From assembly GCA_049970695.1 (NCBI GenBank), contig JBMFML010000002.1, forward strand, positions 109,075 through 173,074: a DNA stretch of 64,000 nt. The letters run 5' to 3'. The notes below the pieces were generated by a model. The model was not told the origin of the DNA, searched no databases, and was given only the letters and a program-made list of their open reading frames with translations. Position 1 is the stretch's first letter, and each line of letters opens with the position of its first letter. Source of the stretch: Desulfurococcaceae archaeon (GTDB taxonomy: Archaea > Thermoproteota > Thermoprotei_A > Sulfolobales > Desulfurococcaceae). A program made the position numbers and the translations under genes. Shown here piece after piece: positions 19,845 to 28,099 of this stretch.

Positions 19845-20428
19845 AAATGCCTAAGCTAGAGTACATAGGCAGAGTCTACAGGCCTAGTGACGATACGTGG
19901 CTCTTGCTTGAGTTGCTCAGCACGGAAAACTCGAAAAAGAGAGTTTGCGTGGATTTAGGAGCAGGCTCGGGAGTTCTCGGATTATACGCCTTGATAAACG
20001 GGATATGCGAATTCGTGGTGTTTATAGACATCGAAGAGGACGCCGTAGAAACTACTAGGCTGAATGCATTGCTGAACAAGCTCGAGCACAGGTCTCTTGT
20101 GGTTCTTGCGGATGATGTTGTGCTCCGCGAGGAGGTAGCAGAGCTTATTGTGGCAAACCCCCCGTACTTGCCCGCAGAAAGCACTACCGTTGTTGACCTC
20201 GCTGTCGAAGGCGGCATCGAGGGGTACGAAACAGCGCTCTATTTTGTAGACTACGCCGCCCATGCCTTGAAGAGGCGCGGAGCGCTCTACATAGTTTACT
20301 CCTCTCTTTCAAAACCAGAAGTCATAGAAAAGCGCCTGGAATCAAGCGGCTTCGGTAATTGCCTCTCGAAAAACAAGCGCTTCTTCTACGAGGTAATTAC
20401 TGCGAGGAGGTGCGAGAAGCTTTGGTGA
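19841..20428 (+). CDS. HemK/Mtq2-like N5-glutamine methyltransferase
   Basis: 195 aa with the SAM motif VDLGAGSGVLG and catalytic VANPPY. Confidence 0.78.
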   Translation: MKMPKLEYIGRVYRPSDDTWLLLELLSTENSKKRVCVDLGAGSGVLGLYALINGICEFVVFIDIEEDAVETTRLNALLNKLEHRSLVVLADDVVLREEVAELIVANPPYLPAESTTVVDLAVEGGIEGYETALYFVDYAAHALKRRGALYIVYSSLSKPEVIEKRLESSGFGNCLSKNKRFFYEVITARRCEKLW

Positions 20429-21147
20429 GCATTAGAGTGGTTCTAGTAGGCGTAGAGGGGCCCGTGAACCTCGGCGTTATAGCAAGAACTTGTGTTAACT
20501 TCGGCATAAAAGAGCTCTACCTAGTAAACCCGGTGGCTAGCATAGAAGAAGCACTAAAGTACGCTGCGCGAGGCAGAGACTTGCTACTTAGCAGCGTTGT
20601 TGTGAGTAACCTAGAGGAAGCCCTCAAAGGCGTTGACGTATCAGTTGCTACGAGTGCTATTGGATATAGCGAAGGCGACATAGTTAGGCAGGCCATTTCA
20701 ATAGAAGACTTCGTGAAGCTGGTCTTGCCGAGAGCAAATAAAGTGGCGCTTATATTCGGCAGAGAGAGCACGGGGCTTACTAGGGAAGAGCTTTCAAAAG
20801 CCGACTTCTTAGTCACGATACCTGCAAATCCCGAATACCCCGTGCTCAATCTCAGTCAATCCGTTGCAATATTCCTGTGGGAGATTTGGAAGTTCTCGCG
20901 AGTAGAGCCTAGAAACATACCGCCGAGAGCCAGCCGCGAAGACCTCGAGAAGATCATCGAGTCTCTTAGAGAGATAACAGAGCTCGTAGTTCCATCAATA
21001 GACAAGCGGAGTAGGTGCTTAGCTGTACTAAGGAGAGTGCTTTACAGGTCTAGGCCCTCTGTGTATGAAGCTAAAGTACTCCACTACTGGGTTAGGAGGG
21101 CATTGAGAAAGCTGGATATTCCCGGTAAGGGCTCGAAGACATCTTAG
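20425..21147 (+). CDS. SpoU/TrmH-family RNA 2'-O-methyltransferase (TrmJ-like)
   Basis: SpoU motifs LIFGRESTGLTREEL and VLNLSQSVAIFLWE. The start is placed at the GTG at 20425, which forms a GTGA overlap with the upstream stop; the track start is 20359. Confidence 0.78.
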   Translation: MSIRVVLVGVEGPVNLGVIARTCVNFGIKELYLVNPVASIEEALKYAARGRDLLLSSVVVSNLEEALKGVDVSVATSAIGYSEGDIVRQAISIEDFVKLVLPRANKVALIFGRESTGLTREELSKADFLVTIPANPEYPVLNLSQSVAIFLWEIWKFSRVEPRNIPPRASREDLEKIIESLREITELVVPSIDKRSRCLAVLRRVLYRSRPSVYEAKVLHYWVRRALRKLDIPGKGSKTS

Positions 21148-21215
21148 TAGCTCCCGTAAGTGAAGACTGAAGGTACTATTAGAGACTTTAAGTAAAATTC
21201 CACAAGGACCGAGCT

Positions 21216-21674
21216 TCAGAGACCTCGGCTCCTCGTAGTTAAGGCCTTGTTGAACAGCTCTATCAGCTTTGCGTGGAGCTTTATACTCGGGTTTAGCACC
21301 ATGTAGCTTCTCGGAGGCCTTTCAAGCCCCACCCTCTTGAGTGTTGCTAGCGATATTGGTTCTGGGTACCTAATGGGATCGACTACTTCAATAGCAGAGA
21401 CTCGCGTTCTTTTTCCACGTATGTACTCAAAGTCCTCGCTGCTAAGCCCTTTGTATCCCACGGTTTTCAGGTACGCTACTACCTCCTCGTAGCTCCCCGT
21501 CATCACAAAGCCTGCTGTGAACTCGCCAACGACAGCTCTTACGGGATTTGAGGCGTACATTATTATTCTGTCCCCCCTGGAGAAAACGCTCCCAGCCCGC
21601 AATTCGTGGGACTTCACGCCGTTAAGTATCTGCTCAGCGTACTTGGGCTTAATCGATATTAAGACCGTCTTCAT
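21216..21674 (-). CDS. ASCH (PUA-like) domain protein
   Basis: 152 aa. The MKTVLISIKPKYAEQILNGVKSHELR N-terminus is typical of ASCH domains. Confidence 0.65.
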   Translation of the reverse strand: MKTVLISIKPKYAEQILNGVKSHELRAGSVFSRGDRIIMYASNPVRAVVGEFTAGFVMTGSYEEVVAYLKTVGYKGLSSEDFEYIRGKRTRVSAIEVVDPIRYPEPISLATLKRVGLERPPRSYMVLNPSIKLHAKLIELFNKALTTRSRGL

Positions 21675-21684
21675 GGGGCCCGGC

Positions 21685-22398
21685 CTACTCGGGCAGTATT
21701 AATGTGCCGGGGTTACCTCCCTTGAGGGCTTCATATATCTGCTCCGGCTCTCTGTACGAGAGTACTTGCACCTCGATACCGCTTCTAATGGCGATTTTGA
21801 GTGCTTGCAGGTCTATTAAGGCGTACTCGCCTGGCAGCATTTCTTGCTCAAGTATTTTCGCCAGCTCGCTGGCTCTCACAACTGAGAGTGCCTTGGCATT
21901 AGGGTACTTGAGCGGATCTTTGTCGTATACCTTGCCGACTGCCGAGTAGTAGTAGACTTTCTTCAGGCCCAGAGCCTCGGCTATTTGGAGTAGCACAGAC
22001 GCTGTTGACTGGCCCGGTATTAAGCCCCCTGCAACAACTACTCTGGAAGTGTTTATTGCAGCCACGGCCTCCTCGATGCTGGTAACTGGTTTGGGATACG
22101 AGTGGGGGCTTAGTGCTGCTATTAGTGTAAGTGCATTAAGCCTTGAAACCCATATTCCGGTAATATCTAGCCAGTAATTAGACTCAACCCCGACTTTCCT
22201 AAGCACTTCGATGTATTCTCTAGCCACTCTACCACCTCCTGTAACAATTAGTACGCTGTAATCCCTGGCAAGTCCTCCAATTACGTGCACGTACTTCCTT
22301 AGTAGTTCTGGGCCCTCATCAAATGCCTTTCCAGTAATCTTTAGTGCTAAGCAGCGCTTTTGCTCCACTAGAGAGCACCCCCCTCTCTTAGACTCCAC
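21685..22398 (-). CDS. pyrH: Uridylate kinase, archaeal type
   Basis: 237 aa of the amino-acid-kinase fold (LKITGKAF, VTGGGRVAREY, VVVAGGLIPGQSTASV). The GTG at 22368 is a plausible alternative start, given TTTTTATAG at 22405-22413 on this strand. Confidence 0.88.
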   Translation of the reverse strand: MESKRGGCSLVEQKRCLALKITGKAFDEGPELLRKYVHVIGGLARDYSVLIVTGGGRVAREYIEVLRKVGVESNYWLDITGIWVSRLNALTLIAALSPHSYPKPVTSIEEAVAAINTSRVVVAGGLIPGQSTASVLLQIAEALGLKKVYYYSAVGKVYDKDPLKYPNAKALSVVRASELAKILEQEMLPGEYALIDLQALKIAIRSGIEVQVLSYREPEQIYEALKGGNPGTLILPE

Positions 22399-22572
22399 TT
22401 GGACTCTATAAAAACAGCCGATTTCTTGGAGCTATTTTGAGGCGGCCGGGGATGGGCATGGCGGTTGAAACTTGCTTATATGATGAACGGAGTATGTACA
22501 AGTTAAGGAGGTGTTTTTAAGTTCTAAGGCGGCTTGCTGAAGTGTAGTCGGCGCTGCTATCGGCTGGGCCGC

Positions 22573-24408
22573 ATGTGTGGAATAGTAGGAATATGCCTCG
22601 CTGCGCGGTGGAACGGGCTAGGCGAGGCCCTGTACAGAGGGCTTCAGCGCCTTGAATACCGCGGCTATGATTCGGCTGGGATAGCGGTTGTAGATGGGAA
22701 GAAGCTAGTGGTGTTGAAAGGCAAGGGCAGGCTTCAGCAGCTCGAGCAAAAGCTAGGGTTCACAAAGGTAAGTGGCGTAGTTGGAGTGGGGCATACGCGC
22801 TGGGCAACTCATGGAGCGCCATCTGATGAAAATGCACACCCACACTTGGACTGTAGTGGGAGGTTTGCTATTGTTCACAACGGAATAATCGAGAACTACT
22901 ACGAGCTCAAAGAACAGCTACTCGAGAAAGGCCATGTTTTTAGAAGCGAAACTGACACGGAGGTTGTAGTACACCTAGTCGAGGAGCTCTACGAGATTTA
23001 TAAAGACGTCTACACGGCCTTCAAAGAAGCAGTCAAGAAGCTGAAGGGAGCATATGCGCTACTCCTCATCTCAGTAATAGAGCCCGACAAGATATTCTTT
23101 GCTAAGAAAGACAGCCCGCTGGTACTGGGCTTAGGAGACGGCTATAACTTGGTTGCAAGCGACATACCGGCGCTGCTGGATCACACCCGCAGAGTTGTGG
23201 TTCTAAGGGACTACTGGGTTGGTTACATAACTCCGAGAAAAGTCTACATAGAGGACTTGCTAACCGGCAGTAGGATTGACTATGCAAACTACGTCAGGAT
23301 AGTGGAGTGGAGCATCGAAGAAGCCTCTAAAGAGGGTTACGAGCACTACATGCTAAAGGAAATACACGAGCAGCCGAGAGCTCTGAGTCAAACATTAGCG
23401 GGGCTTAGAAGCGATAAGAGCCTAGCTGAGGAAGTTGTTAGAGTGCTACGAGAAGCCGCAACAATCTACGTGACGGGGGCTGGAACAAGCTATCACGCAG
23501 CAGAGTTTTTCGCCCTCTCTGCCAGGGCACTGGCGGGAATACCAGTATTTCCCTTCATAGCAAGCGAGTACGAGGCGTTCGCCACTTCTGCTAAGGAAGG
23601 AGATGTGCTAATCGCGGTGAGCCAGAGCGGGGAGACTATGGACGTGCTGAAAGCCGTAAGAAGCTTCAAGAAACAAGGCGCTAAAATAGTGGCCATTTCT
23701 AATGTCATAGACTCTGCTATTCCACGAGAAAGCGACCTAGCTATTTACACGAGAGCAGGGCCCGAGATAGGAGTTGCCGCGACAAAGACCTTTACAACAC
23801 AGGTTCTCACTCTCTCATGGATACTAATGGAGTTGCTGAGCTCTGAAGGACTTAGCCGAGATGAGCTCAAGGAACTCAAGGAATCCCTAGAGTCTTCGGC
23901 TAAGCTCGTCGAGGAGTCTATTAGGAGAGGCGAAAAAGCCTCATGCGAGCTAGCCAACGTTCTTGCCAGCGCAAAGAGCATGTACTACTTGAGCAGGGGC
24001 ATTGGAGTACCAGTAGCAAAGGAAGGAGCACTGAAGATCAAAGAAGTAGCATACATCCACGCAGAGGCATACCCGGCTGGAGAGTCCAAGCACGGGCCAA
24101 TAGCTCTAATAGAGCCTGGATTCCCTGTGGTCTTCGTAGTCCCGGCAATTCCACGGCTCGAGAAGCTAATAGCGGGAAACGTCGAGGAAATGAAATCGAG
24201 AGGGGCATTTACCATTGGAGTAATACCACAGGAAAGCGCCTTAGCTAGTCTATTCGACTACGTAATTGAAGTGCCGAGGTCGCACTGGATTATTACACCA
24301 ATAACGCACACACCACCACTTCAGCTTTTAGCATACTACGTAGCCGTTAAGAGAGGCGCGGATCCCGACAAGCCTAGAAACCTCGCAAAAACAGTAACTG
24401 TTGAGTAA
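22573..24408 (+). CDS. glmS: Glutamine--fructose-6-phosphate aminotransferase
   Basis: The start is placed at MCGIVGI (the N-terminal nucleophile Cys must follow Met). Two SIS domains, and a C-terminus ending PRNLAKTVTVE. Confidence 0.95.
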   Translation: MCGIVGICLAARWNGLGEALYRGLQRLEYRGYDSAGIAVVDGKKLVVLKGKGRLQQLEQKLGFTKVSGVVGVGHTRWATHGAPSDENAHPHLDCSGRFAIVHNGIIENYYELKEQLLEKGHVFRSETDTEVVVHLVEELYEIYKDVYTAFKEAVKKLKGAYALLLISVIEPDKIFFAKKDSPLVLGLGDGYNLVASDIPALLDHTRRVVVLRDYWVGYITPRKVYIEDLLTGSRIDYANYVRIVEWSIEEASKEGYEHYMLKEIHEQPRALSQTLAGLRSDKSLAEEVVRVLREAATIYVTGAGTSYHAAEFFALSARALAGIPVFPFIASEYEAFATSAKEGDVLIAVSQSGETMDVLKAVRSFKKQGAKIVAISNVIDSAIPRESDLAIYTRAGPEIGVAATKTFTTQVLTLSWILMELLSSEGLSRDELKELKESLESSAKLVEESIRRGEKASCELANVLASAKSMYYLSRGIGVPVAKEGALKIKEVAYIHAEAYPAGESKHGPIALIEPGFPVVFVVPAIPRLEKLIAGNVEEMKSRGAFTIGVIPQESALASLFDYVIEVPRSHWIITPITHTPPLQLLAYYVAVKRGADPDKPRNLAKTVTVE

Positions 24409-24530
24409 AGCACTCCAAGCACTCTAGTACTAGTGGCTAGTAGCGGCAGGCGTTTGGGGAAAACCCCTATATAATGGGCGTAGAGGCTCCTACGCGTTGA
24501 TCCCTGCGCGTCTCTTGCCGGTACAGGATT

Positions 24531-24842
24531 TCAATAAGCAAGCCTCTTGAATCTTTTTGAGTACTCGATAGGCACTACTTCTCTGAGCCTCTCGTACAGG
24601 CTTATGTATATGTAGCCTTGCTCAGTAACATAGTATTCGGCCCCCCTCCCCTCTCCACGCCTATATATTAAGCCAAAGCTCTCCATAATGTTTAGCACTT
24701 TATTGCACCTATCCAAGGGCATGTTGCTTGCGGTACAAACCCTCGTCTTCAAAGCTGGAAAGCCGTCTCTTATGGTTGTCAACAACTCGTATATGATATC
24801 GTGGTGGCAGCGCTTAGACCTTGCCAGCATTCTCAGACACAC
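24531..24842 (-). CDS. Small winged-helix DNA-binding protein
   Basis: 103 aa. IIYELL...KTRVCTASNMPLDRCNKVLNIMESFGLIYRR..G..YYVTEQG is a wHTH pattern. Its start overlaps the bactofilin stop by 10 nt. Confidence 0.65.
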   Translation of the reverse strand: MCLRMLARSKRCHHDIIYELLTTIRDGFPALKTRVCTASNMPLDRCNKVLNIMESFGLIYRRGEGRGAEYYVTEQGYIYISLYERLREVVPIEYSKRFKRLAY

Positions 24843-25489
24843 TTCAGCTCTAGGCTCACGCTCTGTGCTCTCTCGATTTTTCTCACTCTAGCTCCTTCAT
24901 CGATTTCCGCGGTTTCAACATATAGTAGTTCTCGAACTTCGGCTCCTTCCTCTATAACTACCTTGAAGGCCTCGACTCTGCTAGCCTCAGCGCCCTTCTT
25001 CAAGACTACTTCGTGTCCAACTATCTTGTCGACTTCCGCATCCCTCTCTACTACGACTCGGCAAGCGTTTATCTCTCCCCTAACCTTGGACTTCTTCCCC
25101 ACGATCACTTCTCTTGCTACAATCTTGTCTGCCTCTGCGCTACCACCCAGCTTGAAGACTTCTGCTCTAATAGTCTTAGACTTAATGGATCCGCCTACAA
25201 CAACTTCTCTGCCTTCTAGCCCGCCTTCGATTCTCGCCGATCCACCTACTTTAAACAAATTGTTTATGGTAGCACTGCCGTCGACTCTAATAGCCCCGCC
25301 AACCGTGACCTCAGCCGCTTTCAAGTTTCCCGCTACACTAGCTGAGCCACCAATCTTTAGGCTGTCTACTTCGAGATCCCCCTCAATGTGGAGAGACCCT
25401 CCTACATCAATGCGGCCTGCCTTAATAGGTCCTCTCAACTTAACGCTACCACCGACTCTGAGCTCCTCGATGCCCATTAAACCCACCAT
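24833..25489 (-). CDS. Bactofilin-like polymer-forming cytoskeletal protein (DUF583 beta-helix repeats)
   Basis: 218 aa with about 10 tandem 17-18-aa repeats of the type v.vGGS..v.G.l.a.ev (for example VGGSVKLRG, IGGSASVAG, VGGAIRVDG, VGGSARIEG, VGGSIKSKT, LGGSAEADK). Confidence 0.78.
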   Translation of the reverse strand: MVGLMGIEELRVGGSVKLRGPIKAGRIDVGGSLHIEGDLEVDSLKIGGSASVAGNLKAAEVTVGGAIRVDGSATINNLFKVGGSARIEGGLEGREVVVGGSIKSKTIRAEVFKLGGSAEADKIVAREVIVGKKSKVRGEINACRVVVERDAEVDKIVGHEVVLKKGAEASRVEAFKVVIEEGAEVRELLYVETAEIDEGARVRKIERAQSVSLELKCV

Positions 25490-26447
25490 AAAAGTGCCGT
25501 GAGCAGCCGCCCTTATATGTGAAACTCACTTAATGTGAGTATCTGCACCGATCGAGACTACAAGCAGCGAGGAGTAGCCGAAGGCGACTTGGGGCATCAA
25601 GGGGCGCTGCGACTTCCGGCAAAGCCGGTTACCGGCTAAGGTACGTGAATTCTAGGCCAGGCTGTTTCTACGGCCTCTTTAAGCCTGTGGAACTTCGATT
25701 GCTTGAGAGCAAGGGCGTGGTTTTCCGAGTTGCGCGTCCTAACCTCTACATAAGAGCCGCGCGGAGGAATGGAGACCTCCTTGCCGAAAAGCCTTCCAAT
25801 TTAACAGCGTAGGCAACGTCAGGCTCGATAGCCACTCTCTTCTTGGTGAGGAGGCCCTTCACGAGAATAATCGCCTCACTCTCCACGGCAATTGAGACGG
25901 GGTCTCTAGCTAGCGCCACGTATGTGTCGTAGGTGAAAGGGGCGATAAACAGGGCACTGCCTAGCACGTCAAGCCACAGGAACCCATCTTATGCTTCACA
26001 CGACTTGTAGGCTTTAGGATCTATTAGAGCCGAAAAACCTCTGAGATGGTGCTATACTCGAAGCAAGAACCATGAATAAGAGCAAGCCCACTAACATGGA
26101 CGTGCTTAATTTATGTGACATGCACGCTCACTCACAGGCGCTACTCAGATACTGCTAAAAAATCGAATTCCGTTCTTGCAATGGATGAGTAGGGCTTTTA
26201 GGCTTTCCCTGAAAGCGTGCATTGGTTTCCAGGCGAGCATCTAAGGAGCGGTGTGTACCCCCTTTAGCTTTCTAACTGCGGCGTCGACATGGTTTATGTC
26301 AAGATACGTACTTGGCTGGTCTTACTAGGCGACTTGAATAAAATGCACGCCTGGCTCCAAGCTTTCAGCGAATCAGCCGGGTTAAGGGACGTTGATTACT
26401 AGTTGGAAAAGTCGGCCACCACCGCGGGTAGCAACAGTAGGCTGGCT

Positions 26448-26822
26448 CTAGTCGCTGCTTGTCGGAGCCTCTCTCATCGACTTAACGGCTTTCTTGATGA
26501 TTTCTATAAGGTACCCCTCCTCTCCTGGCACGCCAGAGCCGATGAGCACGCCGTTGATATAAAGCTCCGGGTCCTCGCTAGCACCGTCCTCCACATACAC
26601 CTCCACATTCTCGCCTAGTTCGGCTTTTAGCAGGTCTTTTACTTCGAGAAGCCAGCTGTACACGGTAAACCTCCAGTAGTTTTGCCTGCCTTTGACTACC
26701 ACCTTGACCACTTCAACCCCCCGCAAAAGCCTAGTTAGGGCACGCCGCGCTATTAGCACTAGTGCTCTACGTGGCGTCGAGAGAGTCTTGGCTGCGGGGA
26801 GCCCGTGGCGAGGTTGCACCAA
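26448..26822 (-). CDS. Hypothetical small protein
   Basis: 124-aa ORF; the real start is probably internal (VEVVKVVVKG...). The C-terminal LYINGVLIGSGVPGEEGYLIEIIKK is loosely glutaredoxin-fold-like, but there is no cysteine. Confidence 0.4.
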   Translation of the reverse strand: MVQPRHGLPAAKTLSTPRRALVLIARRALTRLLRGVEVVKVVVKGRQNYWRFTVYSWLLEVKDLLKAELGENVEVYVEDGASEDPELYINGVLIGSGVPGEEGYLIEIIKKAVKSMREAPTSSD

Positions 26823-26862
26823 TCCACAGTCAGCGCCCTTGGGCTCTATGTTTTAACTAGCG

Positions 26863-28077
26863 CTACTTCGGTGGTCTTGCCAGTGAGGCAAGGAGGTTTT
26901 CGACTTCCTCTGTGAACTCTTCCTGGTAGACTAAGATGACCTTGTCGCCAGGACTTAGCTGGACTTCTCGAGCAAGTGGATATGCCACCCAAGTATCGCG
27001 CGTCTTTACGGCTAGCACTTGGCCTCCATATTTCTTCAAGTAGTATGCTAAGCTCTGGAGGTCTGTGCTCTTAGCGAGCGTTACTGCCTTTACTCTCTCA
27101 TTAAGGCTCTTGAAAACCCTGCTGAAAATGGCCTTGTACTCGTCTGGGAACTCCTCTTGGAGGCTCAATATCCGGCTCATAGAGGCGCTCGCATCGGCGA
27201 TGTCTTCTAGCTCCTTCAGCAGAGTAATTATCCCAGTTATAGTGCTCGGGTCTACTCTCGTAGCAAGGCTATTGAGCTGGTTCATAGTCTCCAGGTGCAG
27301 CCAGTCTATATGTATTTCGAGGTCTTCTACTTCTTCTACAAGCTCCTTTGCAAACTCCATTAACACGTAGTGCGCTAGGTTCAGCATCAACGTTGTGCAG
27401 TCTTTTATTTCAACGAGGTTCTTGGCAACTCGGTCAAAGCCTTCGACGTCTATGTACTCTAGCTTATGCTCGATACCCTGATCACTCAGCAACCTCATAA
27501 CCACGTCTCTAAAGCCCCTGATGTAGAGGACTGAGCCCCTTCTAATTGCTTCTCGTGGCTGTGGACTAAACCTGTACTCTCCCCCTTCAACTACTAGCAA
27601 GACGTCAACGGGGTACTTGTCAGTCAAGTCTATTACTTTAAAGTCTTCGTTTACCGGCATTTTCGCCACCACTTCCCCTTCGGCATACGGCAAGACCTGC
27701 TCGTAGCTAATGTTTGGTGCATAGCCTACGAGCATGGCATATACGATGTCCTTCACGGAATCTGAAATAGAGTCCATTGCAGAGCCGTAGTAGAACGAGA
27801 GCAGGCTCGCGTACGCCCCTTCTTTCGTCCTTCCGTAGGCCATTGAGTTGTGGAGTATGAACTGCCCAATGTACTCGCTCACGAGCCTGTCGAGGTCTAG
27901 TATTTTCAGAGCAAGCTCTCTGTCTTTCGCGAAGAACGCATAGAAAGCGAGGTCTATTAGTATGTCTGTGTACCTCCACAGGTTTTCGAGTATGGTCCTT
28001 ACGGACTGGGGCTTGTACTTTATCGCGATGGGCTTTAAGTGAAACTTTCTGTGCACTTCTGGAGACAATTTTGACAA
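26863..28077 (-). CDS. PhoU-like / TrkA-C (RCK_C) domain regulatory protein
   Basis: Alternating helical PhoU-like segments and two TrkA-C-like segments (...VLYIRG, ...LSPGDKVILVYQ). The longest ORF reaches 28323, but its first ~82 codons are antisense to the neighbouring transporter. TTG at 28077, TTG at 28068 or GTG at 28056 is a more plausible start. Confidence 0.72.
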   Translation of the reverse strand: MSKLSPEVHRKFHLKPIAIKYKPQSVRTILENLWRYTDILIDLAFYAFFAKDRELALKILDLDRLVSEYIGQFILHNSMAYGRTKEGAYASLLSFYYGSAMDSISDSVKDIVYAMLVGYAPNISYEQVLPYAEGEVVAKMPVNEDFKVIDLTDKYPVDVLLVVEGGEYRFSPQPREAIRRGSVLYIRGFRDVVMRLLSDQGIEHKLEYIDVEGFDRVAKNLVEIKDCTTLMLNLAHYVLMEFAKELVEEVEDLEIHIDWLHLETMNQLNSLATRVDPSTITGIITLLKELEDIADASASMSRILSLQEEFPDEYKAIFSRVFKSLNERVKAVTLAKSTDLQSLAYYLKKYGGQVLAVKTRDTWVAYPLAREVQLSPGDKVILVYQEEFTEEVENLLASLARPPK

Positions 28078-28099
28078 AACAGACTCCTCGCTAGGCCGG

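Noticed and set aside
22480-22540. ATGATGA ... CTGA (61 nt) upstream of glmS, resembling C and D boxes
   Set aside because: There are no C'/D' boxes at the required 12-nt spacing. The interior contains TTTTTAAG, which is better explained as the glmS TATA box or an oligo-T tract.
24452-24474. GGGGAAAACCCC hairpin followed by TATATAAT between the convergent glmS and wHTH genes (possible orphan promoter)
   Set aside because: No downstream ORF or RNA motif is available to support a promoter. The hairpin and AT-rich tract are equally consistent with a shared termination region.
24801-25502. A 233-aa plus-strand ORF, very rich in Ser/Thr/Pro/Leu/Ala, covering the whole bactofilin gene
   Set aside because: It is the antisense mirror of the repeat-rich bactofilin gene. 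It has low-complexity composition and no motif, whereas the minus-strand product shows a clear DUF583-type repeat. I treat it as a shadow ORF.
25746-25967. A 73-aa minus-strand ORF in the 25.5-26.4 kb gap
   Set aside because: GTG start, no recognisable motif, no upstream TATA or SD that I can see, and isolated in a region without coding-like periodicity. At best it is a pseudogene fragment. It is reported only as part of the gap finding.
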